Assembly: GCA_043228905.1 (NCBI GenBank)
Contig: JBHGNT010000106.1
Coordinates: 1-64,000, forward strand
DNA: 64,000 bases
Direction: 5' to 3'
Source of the DNA: Azolla caroliniana
Taxonomy: Eukaryota > Plantae > Polypodiophyta
Shown here: positions 28,101 through 41,479 of the stretch, one piece after another
Layout: every line of letters starts with the position of its first letter
Position numbering within the stretch: the first letter of the stretch is position 1
Program-made: the position numbers and the translations under genes
The notes under the pieces: generated by a model
Database searches by the model: none
What the model saw: the letters and a program-made list of their open reading frames with translations, nothing else
Told to the model about the DNA's origin: nothing

Positions 28101-30070
28101 CCTCATGTTTCCTAATTTCGTCATGTCTCTCGACCTGAGTTTCAAAATCTTGATTTTTTAATTCCATATCATAGCTAGCGTTGTTACCTTCGATTCGCAT
28201 GTTTGAACACAAAACTCCGATATCACACGAGCCACGTATGAACATTTTAATTTACTCAAGGGCTCCTCTCAACTCCCTCCTCATGTTTCCTAATTTCGTC
28301 ATGTCTCTCGACCTGAGTTTCAAAATCTTGATTTTTTTATTCCATATCATAGCTACCGTTGTTAGCTTCGAATTGCATGTTTGAACACAAAAATCCGATA
28401 TCACACGAGCCAGATATGAACATTTTCATTTACTCACAGGCTCCTCTCAACTCACTACTCACATTTGTTAATTTCGTCATGTCTCTCGACCTGAGTTTCA
28501 AAATCTTGATTTTTTAATTCCATATTATAGCTAGAGTTGTTAGCTTCGAATCGCATGTTTGAACACAAAAATCCGATATCACACGAGGCAGGTATGAACA
28601 TTTTAATTTACTCAAGGGCTCCTCTCAACTCCCTCCTCATGTTTCCTAATTTCGTCATGTCTCTCGACCTGAGTTTCAAAATATTTATTTTTTAATTCTA
28701 TATCATAGCTACCGTTGTTAGCTTCGATTCGCATGTTTGAACACAAAAATCCGATATCACACGATCCAGGTATGAACATTTTAATTTACTCAAGGGCTCC
28801 TCTCAACTCCCTCCTCATGTTTGCTAATTTCGTCATGTCTCTCGACCTGAGTTTCAAAATCTTGATTTTTTAATTCCATATCATAGCTAGCGTTGTTAGC
28901 TTCGATTCACATGTTTGAACACAAAAATCCGATATTACACGAGCCAGGTATGAACATTTTAATTTACGCAAGGGCTCCTCTCAACTCCCTCCTCATGTTT
29001 GCTAATTTCGTCATGTCTCTCGACCTGAGTTTCAAAATCTTGATTTTTTAATTCGATATCATAGCTAGCGTTGTTAGCTTCGAATCGCATGTTTGAACAC
29101 AAAAATCCGATATCACACTAGCAGGTATGAACATTTTAATTTACTCAAGGGCTCCTCTCAACTCCCTCCTCATGTTTCCTAATTTCGTCATGTCTCTCGA
29201 CCTGAGTTTCAAAATCTTGATTTTTTAATTCCATATCATAGCTAGCGTTGTTAGCTTCGAATCGCATGTTTGAACACAAAAATCCGATATCACACGAGGC
29301 AGGTATGAACATTTTAATTTACTCAAGGGTTCCTCTCAGCTCACTACTCAAATTTGCTAATTTCGTCATGTCTCTCGACCTGAGTTTCAAAATCTTGATT
29401 TTTTAATTCCATATCATAGCTAGCGTTGTTAGGTTCGATTCGCTTGGTTGAACGCAAAAATCCGATATCACACGAGCCAAGTATGAACATTTTCATTTAC
29501 TCAAGGGCTCCTCTCAACTCCCTCCTCATGTTTGCTAATTTCGTCATGTCTGTCGACCTGAGTTTCAAAATCTTGATTTTATAATTCCATATTATAGCTA
29601 GCGTTGTTAGCTTCGAATCGCATGTTTGAACACAAAAATCCGATATCACACGAGCCACGTATGAACATTTTAATTTACTCAAGGGCTCTTCTCAACTCAC
29701 TCCTCAAATTTGCTAATTTCCTCATGTCTCTCGACCTGAGTTTCAAAATCTTGATTTTTTAATTCCATATCATAGCTACCGTTGTTAGCTTCGAATTGCA
29801 TGTTTGAACACAAAAATCCGATATCACACGAGCCAGATATGAACATTTTCATTTACTCACAGGCTCCTCTCAACTCACTACTCACATTTGTTAATTTCGT
29901 CATGTCTCTCGACCTGAGTTTCAAAATCTTGATTTTTTAATTCCATATTATAGCTAGAGTTGTTAGCTTCGAATCGCATGTTTGAACACAAAAATCCGAT
30001 ATCACACGAGGCAGGTATGAACATTATAATTTACTCAAGGGCTCCTCTCAACTCCCTCCTCATGTTTCCT
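22130..30070 (+). repeat. 14-monomer higher-order repeat, about 3.2 tandem copies (period 2491 bp)
   Basis: ORF copies at 23199/25690/28181 and 24515/27006/29497, and CACTAG at 24134/26625/29116, all have period 2491 = 14x178-1. Confidence 0.9.
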
Positions 30071-31520
30071 AATTTCGTCATGTCTCTCGACCTGAGTTTC
30101 AAAATATTTATTTTTTAATTCTATATCATAGCTACCGTTGTTAGCTTCGATTCGCATGTTTGAACACAAAAATCCGATATCACACGATCCAGGTATGAAC
30201 ATTTTAATTTACTCAAGGGCTCCTCTCAACTCCCTCCTCATGTTTGCTAATTTCGTCATGTCTCTCGACCTGAGTTTCAAAATCTTGATTTTTTAATTCC
30301 ATATCATAGCTAGCGTTGTTAGCTTCAATTCACATGTTTGAACACAAAAATCCGATATTACACGAGCCAGGTATGAACATTTTAATTTACGCAAGGGCTC
30401 CTCTCAACTCCCTCCTCATGTTTGCTAATTTCGTCATGTCTCTCGACCTGAGTTTCAAAATCTTGATTTTTTAATTCGATATCATAGCTAGCGTTGTTAG
30501 CTTCGAATCGCATGTTTGAACACAAAAATCCGATATCACACTAGCAGGTATGAACATTTTAATTTACTCAAGGGCTCCTCTCAACTCCCTCCTCATGTTT
30601 CCTAATTTCGTCATGTCTCTCGACCTGAGTTTCAAAATCTTGATTTTTTAATTCCATATCATAGCTAGCGTTGTTAGCTTCGAATCGCATGTTTGAACAC
30701 AAAAATCCGATATCACACGAGGCAGGTATGAACATTTTAATTTACTCAAGGGTTCCTCTCAGCTCACTACTCAAATTTGCTAATTTCGTCATGTCTCTCG
30801 ACCTGAGTTTCAAAATCTTGATTTTTTAATTCCATATCATAGCTAGCGTTGTTAGGTTCGATTCGCTTGGTTGAACGCAAAAATCCGATATCACACGAGC
30901 CAGGTATGAACATTTTCATTTACTCAAGGGCTCCTCTCAACTCCCTCCTCATGTTTGCTAATTTCGTCATGTCTGTCGACCTGAGTTTCAAAATCTTGAT
31001 TTTATAATTCCATATTATAGCTAGCGTTGTTAGCTTCGAATCGCATGTTTGAACACAAAAATCCGATATCACACGAGGCAGGTATGAACATTTTAATTTA
31101 CTCAAGGGCTCTTCTCAACTCACTCCTCAAATTTGCTAATTTCCTCATGTCTCTCGACCTGAGTTTCAAAATCTTGATTTTTTAATTCCATATCATAGCT
31201 ACCGTTGTTAGCTTCGAATTGCATGTTTGAACACAAAAATCCGATATCACACGAGCCAGATATGAACATTTTCATTTACTCACAGGCTCCTCTCAACTCA
31301 CTACTCACATTTGTTAATTTCGTCATGTCTCTCGACCTGAGTTTCAAAATCTTGATTTTTTAATTCCATATTATAGCTAGAGTTGTTAGCTTCGAATCGC
31401 ATGTTTGAACACAAAAATCCGATATCACACGAGGCAGGTATGAACATTTTAATTTACTCAAGGGCTCCTCTCAACTCCCTCCTCATGTTTCCTAATTTCG
31501 TCATGTCTCTCGACCTGAGT
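28390..31520 (+). repeat. Bare 8-monomer core HOR, about 2 copies (period 1423 bp)
   Basis: CACTAG at 29116/30539 and ORFs at 29497/30920 are offset by 1423 = 8x178-1. Confidence 0.85.
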
Positions 31521-34500
31521 TTCAAAATCTTGATTTTTTAATTCCATATCATCGCTAGCGTTGTTACCTTCGATTCGCATGTTTGAACACAAAAATCCGA
31601 TATCACACGAGCCACGTATGAACATTTTAATTTACTCAAGGGCTCCTCTCAACTCCCTCCTCATGTTTCCTAATTTCGTCATGTCTCTCGACCTGAGTTT
31701 CAAAATCTTGATTTTTTAATTCCATATCATAGCTACCGTTGTTAGCTTCGAATTGCATGTTTGAACACAAAAATCCGATATCACACGAGCCAGATATGAA
31801 CATTTTCATTTACTCACAGGCTCCTCTCAACTCACTACTCACATTTGTTAATTTCGTCATGTCTCTCGACCTGAGTTTCAAAATCTTGATTTTTTAATTC
31901 CATATTATAGCTAGAGTTGTTAGCTTCGAATCGCATGTTTGAACACAAAAATCCGATATCACACGAGGCAGGTATGAACATTTTAATTTACTCAAGGGCT
32001 CCTCTCAACTCCCTCCTCATGTTTCCTAATTTCGTCATGTCTCTCGACCTGAGTTTCAAAATATTTATTTTTTAATTCTATATCATAGCTACCGTTGTTA
32101 GCTTCGATTCGCATGTTTGAACACAAAAATCCGATATCACACGATCCAGGTATGAACATTTTAATTTACTCAAGGGCTCCTCTCAACTCCCTCCTCATGT
32201 TTGCTAATTTCGTCATGTCTCTCGACCTGAGTTTCAAAATCTTGATTTTTTAATTCCATATCATAGCTAGCGTTGTTAGCTTCGATTCACATGTTTGAAC
32301 ACAAAAATCCGATATTACACGAGCCACGTATGAACATTTTAATTTACTCAAGGGCTCCTCTCAACTCCCTCCTCATGTTTCCTAATTTCGTCATGTCTCT
32401 CGACCTGAGTTTCAAAATCTTGATTTTTTAATTCCATATCATAGCTACCGTTGTTAGCTTCGAATTGCATGTTTGAACACAAAAATCCGATATCACACGA
32501 GCCAGATATGAACATTTTCATTTACTCACAGGCTCCTCTCAACTCACTACTCACATTTGTTAATTTCGTCATGTCTCTCGACCTGAGTTTCAAAATCTTG
32601 ATTTTTTAATTCCATATCATAGCTAGAGTTGTTAGCTTCGATTCGCATGTTTGAACACAAAAATCCGATATCACACGAGGCAGGTATGAACATTTTAATT
32701 TACTCAAGGGCTCCTCTCAACTCCCTCCTCATGTTTCCTAATTTCGTCATGTCTCTCGACCTGAGTTTCAAAATCTTGATTTTTTAATTCCATATCATAG
32801 CTAGCGTTGTTACCTTCGATTCGCATGTTTGAACACAAAAATCCGATATCACACGAGCCACGTATGAACATTTTAATTTACTCAAGGGCTCCTCTCAACT
32901 CCCTCCTCATGTTTCCTAATTTCGTCATGTCTCTCGACCTGAGTTTCAAAATCTTGATTTTTTAATTCCATATCATAGCTACCGTTGTTAGCTTCGATTC
33001 GCATGTTTGAACACAAAAATCCGATATCACACGATCCAGGTATGAACATTTTAATTTACTCAAGGGCTCCTCTCAACTCCCTCCTCATGTTTGCTAATTT
33101 CGCCATGTCTGTGGACCTGAGTTTCAAAATCTTGATTTTTTAATTCCATATTATAGCTAGCGTTGTTAGCTTCGAATCGCATGTTTGAACACAAAAATCC
33201 GATATCACACGAGGCAGGCATGAACATTTTAATTTACTCAAGGGCTCTTCTCAACTCACTCCTCAAATTTGCTAATTTCGTCATGTCTCTCGACCTGAGT
33301 TTCAAAATCTTGATTTTTTAATTCCATATCATAGCTAGCGTTGTTAGCTTCGAATCGCATGTTTGAACACAAAAATCCGATATCACACTAGCAGGTATGA
33401 ACATTTTAATTTACTCAAGGGCTCCTCTCAACTCCCTCCTCATGTTTCCTAATTTCGTCATGTCTCTCGACCTGAGTTTCAAAATCTTGATTTTTTAATT
33501 CCATATCATAGCTAGCGTTGTTAGCTTCGAATCGCATGTTTGAACACAAAAATCCGATATCACACGAGCCAGGTATGAACATTTTCATTTACTCACAGGC
33601 TCCTCTCAACTCACTACTCACATTTGTTAATTTCGTCATGTCTCTCGACCTGAGTTTCAAAATCTTGATTTTTTAATTCCATATCATAGCTAGCGTTGTT
33701 AGCTTCGAATCGCATGTTTGAACACAAAAATCCGATATCACACGAGGCAGGTATGAACATTTTAATTTACTCAAGGGTTCCTCTCAGCTCACTACTCAAA
33801 TTTGCTAATTTCGTCATGTCTCTCGACCTGAGTTTCAAAATCTTGATTTTTTAATTCCATATCATAGCTAGCGTTGTTAGCTTCGATTCGCATGTTTGAA
33901 CACAAAAATCCGATATCACACGAGCCAGGTATGAACATTTTAATTTACTCAAGGGCTCCTCTCAACTCCCTCCTCATGTTTGCTAATTTCGTCATGTCTC
34001 TCGACCTGAGTTTCAAAATCTTGATTTTTTAATTCCATATCATAGCTAGCGTTGTTAGCTTCGATTCGCATGTTTGAACACAAAAATCCGATATCACACG
34101 AGCCACGTATGAAGATTTTAATTTACTCAAGGGCTCCTCTCAACTCCCTCCTCATGTTTGCTAATTTCGTCATGTCTCTCGACCTGAGTTTCAAAATCTT
34201 GATTTTTTAATTCCATATCATAGCTAGCGTTGTTAGCTTCGATTCGCATGTTTGAACACAAAAATCCGATATCACACGAGCCAGGTATGAACATTTTAAT
34301 TTACTCAAGGGCTCCTCTCAACTCCCTCCTCATGTTTGCTAATTTCGCCATGTCTGTCGACCTGAGTTTCAAAATCTTGATTTTTTAATTCCATATCATT
34401 GCTAGCGTTGTTAGCTTCGATTCGCATGTTTGAACACAAAAATCCGATATCACACGAGGCAGGTATGAACATTTTAATTTACTCAAGGGTTCCTCTCAGC

Positions 34501-34902
34501 TCACTACTCAAATTTGCTAATTTCGTCATGTCTCTCGACCTGAGTTTCAAAATCTTGATTTTTTAATTCCATATCATAGCTAGCGTTGTTAGGTCCGATT
34601 CGCTTGGTTGAACGGAAAAATCCGATATCACACGAGCCAGGTATGGACATTTTCATTTACTCAAGGGTTCCTCTCAACTCCCTCCTCATGTTTGCGAATT
34701 TCGTCATGTCTCTCGACCTGAGTTTCAAAATTTGGATTTTTTAATTCTATATCATACCTAGCGTTGTTAGCTTCGAATCGCATGTTTGAACACAAAAATC
34801 CGATATCACACGAGCCAGGTATGAACATTTTCATTTATTCACAGGCTCCTCTCAACTCACTACTCACATTTGTTAATTTCGTCATGTCTCTCGAGCTGAG
34901 TG

Positions 34903-37900
34903 TCAAAATCTTGATTTTTTAATTCCATATCATAGCTAGCGTTGTTAGCTTCGATTCGCATGTTTGAACACAAAAATCCGATATCACACGAGCCAGGTAT
35001 GAACATTTTAATTTACTCAAGGGCTCCTCTCAACTCCCTCCTCATGTTTGCTAATTTCGCCATGTCTGTCGACCTGAGTTTCAAAATCTTGATTTTTTAA
35101 TTCCATATTATAGCTAGCGTTGTTAGCTTCGAATCGCATGTTTGAACACAAAAATCCGATATCACACGAGGCAGGTATGAACATTTTAATTTACTCAAGG
35201 GCTCTTCCCAACTCACTCCTCAAATTTGCTAATTTCGTCATGTCTCTCGACCTGAGTTTTAAAATCTTGATTTTTTAATACCATATCGTAGCTAGCGTTG
35301 TTTGCTTCGATTTGCATGTTTGAACACAAAAATCCGATATCACACGAGGCAGGTATGAACATTTTAATTTACTCAAGGGCTCTTCTCAACCACTCCTCAA
35401 ATTTGCTAATTTCGTCATGTCTCTCGACCTGAGTTTCAAAATCTTGATTTTTTAATTCCATATCATAGCTAGCGTTGTTAGGTTCGATTCGCATGTTTGA
35501 ACACAAAAATCCGATATCACATGAGGCAGGTATGAACATTTTAATTTACTCAAGGGCTCCTCTCAACTCCCTCCTCAAATTTGGTAATTTCATCATGTCT
35601 CTTGACCTGAGTTTCAAAATCTTGATTTTTTAATTCCATATCATAGCTAGCGTTGTTAGCTTCGATTCGCATGTTTGAACACAAAAATCCGATATCACAC
35701 GAGCAGGTATGAACATTTTAATTTACTCAAGGGCTCTTCTCAACTCACTCCTCAAATTTGCTAATTTCCTCATGTCTCTCGACCTGAGTTTCAAAATATT
35801 GATTTTTTAATTCCATATCATAGCTAGCGTTGTTACCTTCGATTCGCATGTTTGAACACAAAAATCCGATATCACACGAGCCACGTATGAACATTTTAAT
35901 TTACTCAAGGGCTCCTCTCAACTCCCTCCTCATGTTTCCTAATTTCGTCATGTCTCTCGACCTGAGTTTCAAAATTTGGATTTTTTAATTCTATATCATA
36001 GCTAGCGTTGTTAGCTTCGATTCGCATGTTTGAACACAAAAATCCGATATCACACGAGCCAGGTATGAACATTTTAATTTACTCAAGGGCTCCTCTCAAC
36101 TCCCTCCTCAAATTTGGTAATTTCATCATGTCTCTTGACCTGAGTTTCAAAATCTTGATTTTTTAATTCCATATCATAGCTAGCGTTGTTAGCTTCGAAT
36201 CGCATGTTTGAACACAAAAATCCGATATCACACGAGGCAGGTATGAACATTTTAATTTACTCAAGGGTTCCTCTCAGCTCACTACTCAAATTTGCTAATT
36301 TCGTCATGTCTCTCGACCTGAGTTTCAAAATCTTGATTTTTTAATTCCATATCATAGCTAGCGTTGTTAGGTTCGATTCGCTTGGTTGAACGCAAAAATC
36401 CGATATCACACGAGCCAGGTATGAACATTTTCATTTACTCAAGGGCTCCTCTCAACTCCCTCCTCATGTTTGCTAATTTCGTCATGTCTGTCGACCTGAG
36501 TTTCAAAATCTTGATTTTTTAATTCCATATTATAGCTAGCGTTGTTAGCTTCGAATCGCATGTTTGAACACAAAAATCCGATATCACACGAGGCAGGTAT
36601 GAACATTTTAATTTACTCAAGAGCTCTTCTCAACTCACTCCTCCAATTTGCTAATTTCCTCATGTCTCTCGACCTGAGTTTCAAAATCTTGATTTTTTAA
36701 TTCTATATCATAGCTAGCGTTGTTAGCTTCGATTCGCATGTTTGAACACAAAAATCCGATATCACACGAGCCAGGTATGAACATTTTAATTTACTCAAGG
36801 GCTCCTCTCAACTCCCTCCTCAAATTTGGTAATTTCATCATGTCTCTTGACCTGAGTTTCAAAATCTTGATTTTTTAATTCCATATCATAGCTAGCGTTG
36901 TTAGCTTCGATTCGCATGTTTGAACACAAAAATCCGATATCACACGAGCCAGGTATGAACATTTTAATTTACTCAAGGGCTCCTCTCAACTCCCTCCTCA
37001 TGTTTGCTAATTTCGCCATGTCTGTCGACCTGAGTTTCAAAATCTTGATTTTTTAATTCCATATTATAGCTAGCGTTGTTAGCTTCGAATCGCATGTTTG
37101 AACACAAAAATCCGATATCACACGAGGCAGGTATGAACATTTTAATTTACTCAAGGGCTCTTCCCAACTCACTCCTCAAATTTGCTAATTTCGTCATGTC
37201 TCTCGACCTGAGTTTTAAAATCTTGATTTTTTAATACCATATCGTAGCTAGCGTTGTTTGCTTCGATTTGCATGTTTGAACACAAAAATCCGATATCACA
37301 CGAGGCAGGTATGAACATTTTAATTTACTCAAGGGCTCTTCTCAACCACTCCTCAAATTTGCTAATTTCGTCATGTCTCTCGACCTGAGTTTCAAAATCT
37401 TGATTTTTTAATTCCATATCATAGCTAGCGTTGTTAGCTTCGATTCGCATGTTTGAACACAAAAATCCGATATCACATGAGGCAGGTATGAACATTTTAA
37501 TTTACTCAAGGGCTCCTCTCAACTCCCTCCTCAAATTTGGTAATTTCATCATGTCTCTTGACCTGAGTTTCAAAATCTTGATTTTTTAATTCCATATCAT
37601 AGCTAGCGTTGTTAGCTTCGATTCGCATGTTTGAACACAAAAATCCGATATCACACGAGCAGGTATGAACATTTTAATTTACTCAAGGGCTCTTCTCAAC
37701 TCACTCCTCAAATTTGCTAATTTCCTCATGTCTCTCGACCTGAGTTTCAAAATATTGATTTTTTAATTCCATATCATAGCTAGCGTTGTTACCTTCGATT
37801 CGCATGTTTGAACACAAAAATCCGATATCACACGAGCCACGTATGAACATTTTAATTTACTCAAGGGCTCCTCTCAACTCCCTCCTCATGTTTCCTAATT

Positions 37901-38866
37901 TCGTCATGTCTCTCGACCTGAGTTTCAAAATTTGGATTTTTTAATTCTATATCATAGCTAGCGTTGTTAGCTTCGATTCGCATGTTTGAACACAAAAATC
38001 CGATATCACACGAGCCAGGTATGAACATTTTAATTTACTCAAGGGCTCCTCTCAACTCCCTCCTCAAATTTGGTAATTTCATCATGTCTCTTGACCTGAG
38101 TTTCAAAATCTTGATTTTTTAATTCCATATCATAGCTAGCGTTGTTAGCTTCGAATCGCATGTTTGAACACAAAAATCCGATATCACACGAGGCAGGTAT
38201 GAACATTTTAATTTACTCAAGGGTTCCTCTCAGCTCACTACTCAAATTTGCTAATTTCGTCATGTCTCTCGACCTGAGTTTCAAAATCTTGATTTTTTAA
38301 TTCCATATCATAGCTAGCGTTGTTAGGTTCGATTCGCTTGGTTGAACGCAAAAATCCGATATCACACGAGCCAGGTATGAACATTTTCATTTACTCAAGG
38401 GCTCCTCTCAACTCCCTCCTCATGTTTGCTAATTTCGTCATGTCTGTCGACCTGAGTTTCAAAATCTTGATTTTTTAATTCCATATTATAGCTAGCGTTG
38501 TTAGCTTCGAATCGCATGTTTGAACACAAAAATCCGATATCACACGAGGCAGGTATGAACATTTTAATTTACTCAAGAGCTCTTCTCAACTCACTCCTCC
38601 AATTTGCTAATTTCCTCATGTCTCTCGACCTGAGTTTCAAAATCTTGATTTTTTAATTCTATATCATAGCTAGCGTTGTTAGCTTCGATTCGCATGTTTG
38701 AACACAAAAATCCGATATCACACGAGCCAGGTATGAACATTTTAATTTACTCAAGGGCTCCTCTCAACTCCCTCCTCAAATTTGGTAATTTCATCATGTC
38801 TCTTGACCTGAGTTTCAAAATCTTGATTTTTTAATTCCATATCATAGCTAGCGTTGTTAGCTTCGA
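34903..38866 (+). repeat. Tandem duplication of an 11-monomer block (period 1956 bp)
   Basis: GCTCTTCCCA at 35201/37157. The rare variants TTTTAAAA, AATACC, GTTTGC, CACGAGCAGG and CAAGAGC each occur once per copy. 1956 = 11x178-2. Confidence 0.9.
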
Positions 38867-41479
38867 ATCGCATGTTTGAACACAAAAATCCGATATCACA
38901 CGAGCCAGGTATGAACATTTTCATTTACTCACAGGCTCCTCTCAACTCACTACTCACATTTGTTAATTTCGTCATGTCTCTCGACCTGAGTTTCAAAATC
39001 TTGATTTTTTAATTCCATATTATAGCTAGAGTTGTTAGCTTCGAATCGCATGTTTGAACACAAAAATCCGATATCACACGAGGCAGGTATGAACATTTTA
39101 ATTTACTCAAGGGCTCCTCTCAACTCCCTCCTCATGTTTCCTAATTTCGTCATGTCTCTCGACCTGAGTTTCAAAATATTTATTTTTTAATTCTATATCA
39201 TAGCTACCGTTGTTAGCTTCGATTCGCATGTTTGAACACAAAAATCCGATATCACACGATCCAGGTATGAACATTTTAATTTACTCAAGGGCTCCTCTCA
39301 ACTCCCTCCTCATGTTTGCTAATTTCGTCATGTCTCTCGACCTGAGTTTCAAAATCTTGATTTTTTAATTCCATATCATAGCTAGCGTTGTTAGCTTCGA
39401 TTCACATGTTTGAACACAAAAATCCGATATTACACGAGCCAGGTATGAACATTTTAATTTACGCAAGGGCTCCTCTCAACTCCCTCCTCATGTTTGCTAA
39501 TTTCGTCATGTCTCTCGACCTGAGTTTCAAAATCTTGATTTTTTAATTCGATATCATAGCTAGCGTTGTTAGCTTCGAATCGCATGTTTGAACACAAAAA
39601 TCCGATATCACACTAGCAGGTATGAACATTTTAATTTACTCAAGGGCTCCTCTCAACTCCCTCCTCATGTTTCCTAATTTCGTCATGTCTCTCGACCTGA
39701 GTTTCAAAATCTTGATTTTTTAATTCCATATCATAGCTAGCGTTGTTAGCTTCGAATCGCATGTTTGAACACAAAAATCCGATATCACACGAGGCAGGTA
39801 TGAACATTTTAATTTACTCAAGGGTTCCTCTCAGCTCACTACTCAAATTTGCTAATTTCGTCATGTCTCTCGACCTGAGTTTCAAAATCTTGATTTTTTA
39901 ATTCCATATCATAGCTAGCGTTGTTAGGTTCGATTCGCTTGGTTGAACGCAAAAATCCGATATCACACGAGCCAGGTATGAACATTTTCATTTACTCAAG
40001 GGCTCCTCTCAACTCCCTCCTCATGTTTGCTAATTTCGTCATGTCTCTCGACCTGAGTTTCAAAATCTTGATTTTTTAATTCCATATCATAGCTAGCGTT
40101 GTTAGCTTCGATTCGCATGTTTGAACACAAAAATCCGATATCACACGAGCCACGTATGAACATTTTAATTTACTCAAGGGCTCCTCTCAACTCCCTCCTC
40201 ATGTTTGCTAATTTCGTCATGTCTGTCGACCTGAGTTTCAAAATCTTGATTTTATAATTCCATATTATAGCTAGCGTTGTTAGCTTCGAATCGCATGTTT
40301 GAACACAAAAATCCGATATCACACGAGGCAGGTATGAACATTTTAATTTACTCAAGGGCTCTTCTCAACTCACTCCTCAAATTTGCTAATTTCCTCATGT
40401 CTCTCGACCTGAGTTTCAAAATCTTGATTTTTTAATTCCATATCATAGCTACCGTTGTTAGCTTCGAATTGCATGTTTGAACACAAAAATCCGATATCAC
40501 ACGAGCCAGATATGAGCATTTTCATTTACTCACAGGCTCCTCTCAACTCACTACTCACATTTGTTAATTTCGTCATGTCTCTCGACCTGAGTTTCAAAAT
40601 CTTGATTTTTTAATTCCATATTATAGCTAGAGTTGTTAGCTTCGAATCGCATGTTTGAACACAAAAATCCGATATCACACGAGGCAGGTATGAACATTTT
40701 AATTTACTCAAGGGCTCCTGTCAACTCCCTCCTCATGTTTCCTAATTTCGTCATGTCTCTCGACCTGAGTTTCAAAATCTTGATTTTTTAATTCCATATC
40801 ATAGCTAGCGTTGTTACCTTCGATTCGCATGTTTGAACACAAAAATCCGATATCACACGAGCCACGTATGAACATTTTAATTTACTCAAGGGCTCCTCTC
40901 AACTCCCTCCTCATGTTTCCTAATTTCGTCATGTCTCTCGACCTGAGTTTCAAAATCTTGATTTTTTAATTCCATATCATAGCTAGCGTTGTTACCTTCG
41001 ATTTGCATGTTTGAACACAAAAATCCGATATCACACGAGCCACGTATGAACATTTTAATTTACTCAAGGGCTCCTCTCAACTCCCTCCTCATGTTTCCTA
41101 ATTTCGTCATGTCTCTCGACCTGAGTTTCAAAATCTTGATTTTTTAATTCCATATCATAGCTACCGTTGTTAGCTTCGAATTGCATGTTTGAACACAAAA
41201 ATCCGATATCACACGAGCCAGATATGAACAGTTTCATTTACTCACAGGCTCCTCTCAACTCACTCCTCAAATTTGCTAATTTCGTCATGTCTCTCGACCT
41301 GAGTTTCAAAATCTTGATTTTTTAATTCCATATCGTAGCTAGCGTTGTTAGCTTCGATTTGCATGTTTGAACACAAAAATCCGATATCACACGAGGCAGG
41401 TATGAACATTTTAATTTACTCAAGGGCTCTTCCCAACTCACTCCTCAAATTTGCTAATTTCGTCATGTCTCTCGACCTG

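Larger units (their letters stand above)
1..33050 (+). repeat. Left satellite domain: homogeneous, 8-monomer core plus insert modules
   Basis: Recurrent ordered variants: AAAATATTTATT/GATCC, GATTCACAT/GATATTAC/TTACGC, TTCGATA/CACTAGCAGG (1-bp deletion), GGTTCCTCTCAGCTC, CTTGGTTGAACGC, CTGTCGAC, CTACC/CACAGG, CTAGAGTT. Few private SNPs. Confidence 0.85.

Noticed and set aside
780-28384. Repeated 67 aa plus-strand ORFs (MLASNRMF.../MLPSIRMF...) with a hydrophobic C-terminus
   Set aside because: They start at TTG and are open only where TTTTTTAATT becomes TTTTTTTATT. The hydrophobicity reflects T-rich codons. There is no gene context.
1-33050. Whole array being an assembly or concatemer artefact
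   Set aside because: Structured, hierarchically shared variants and private SNPs fit real evolution. Individual near-identical duplications still need read validation.
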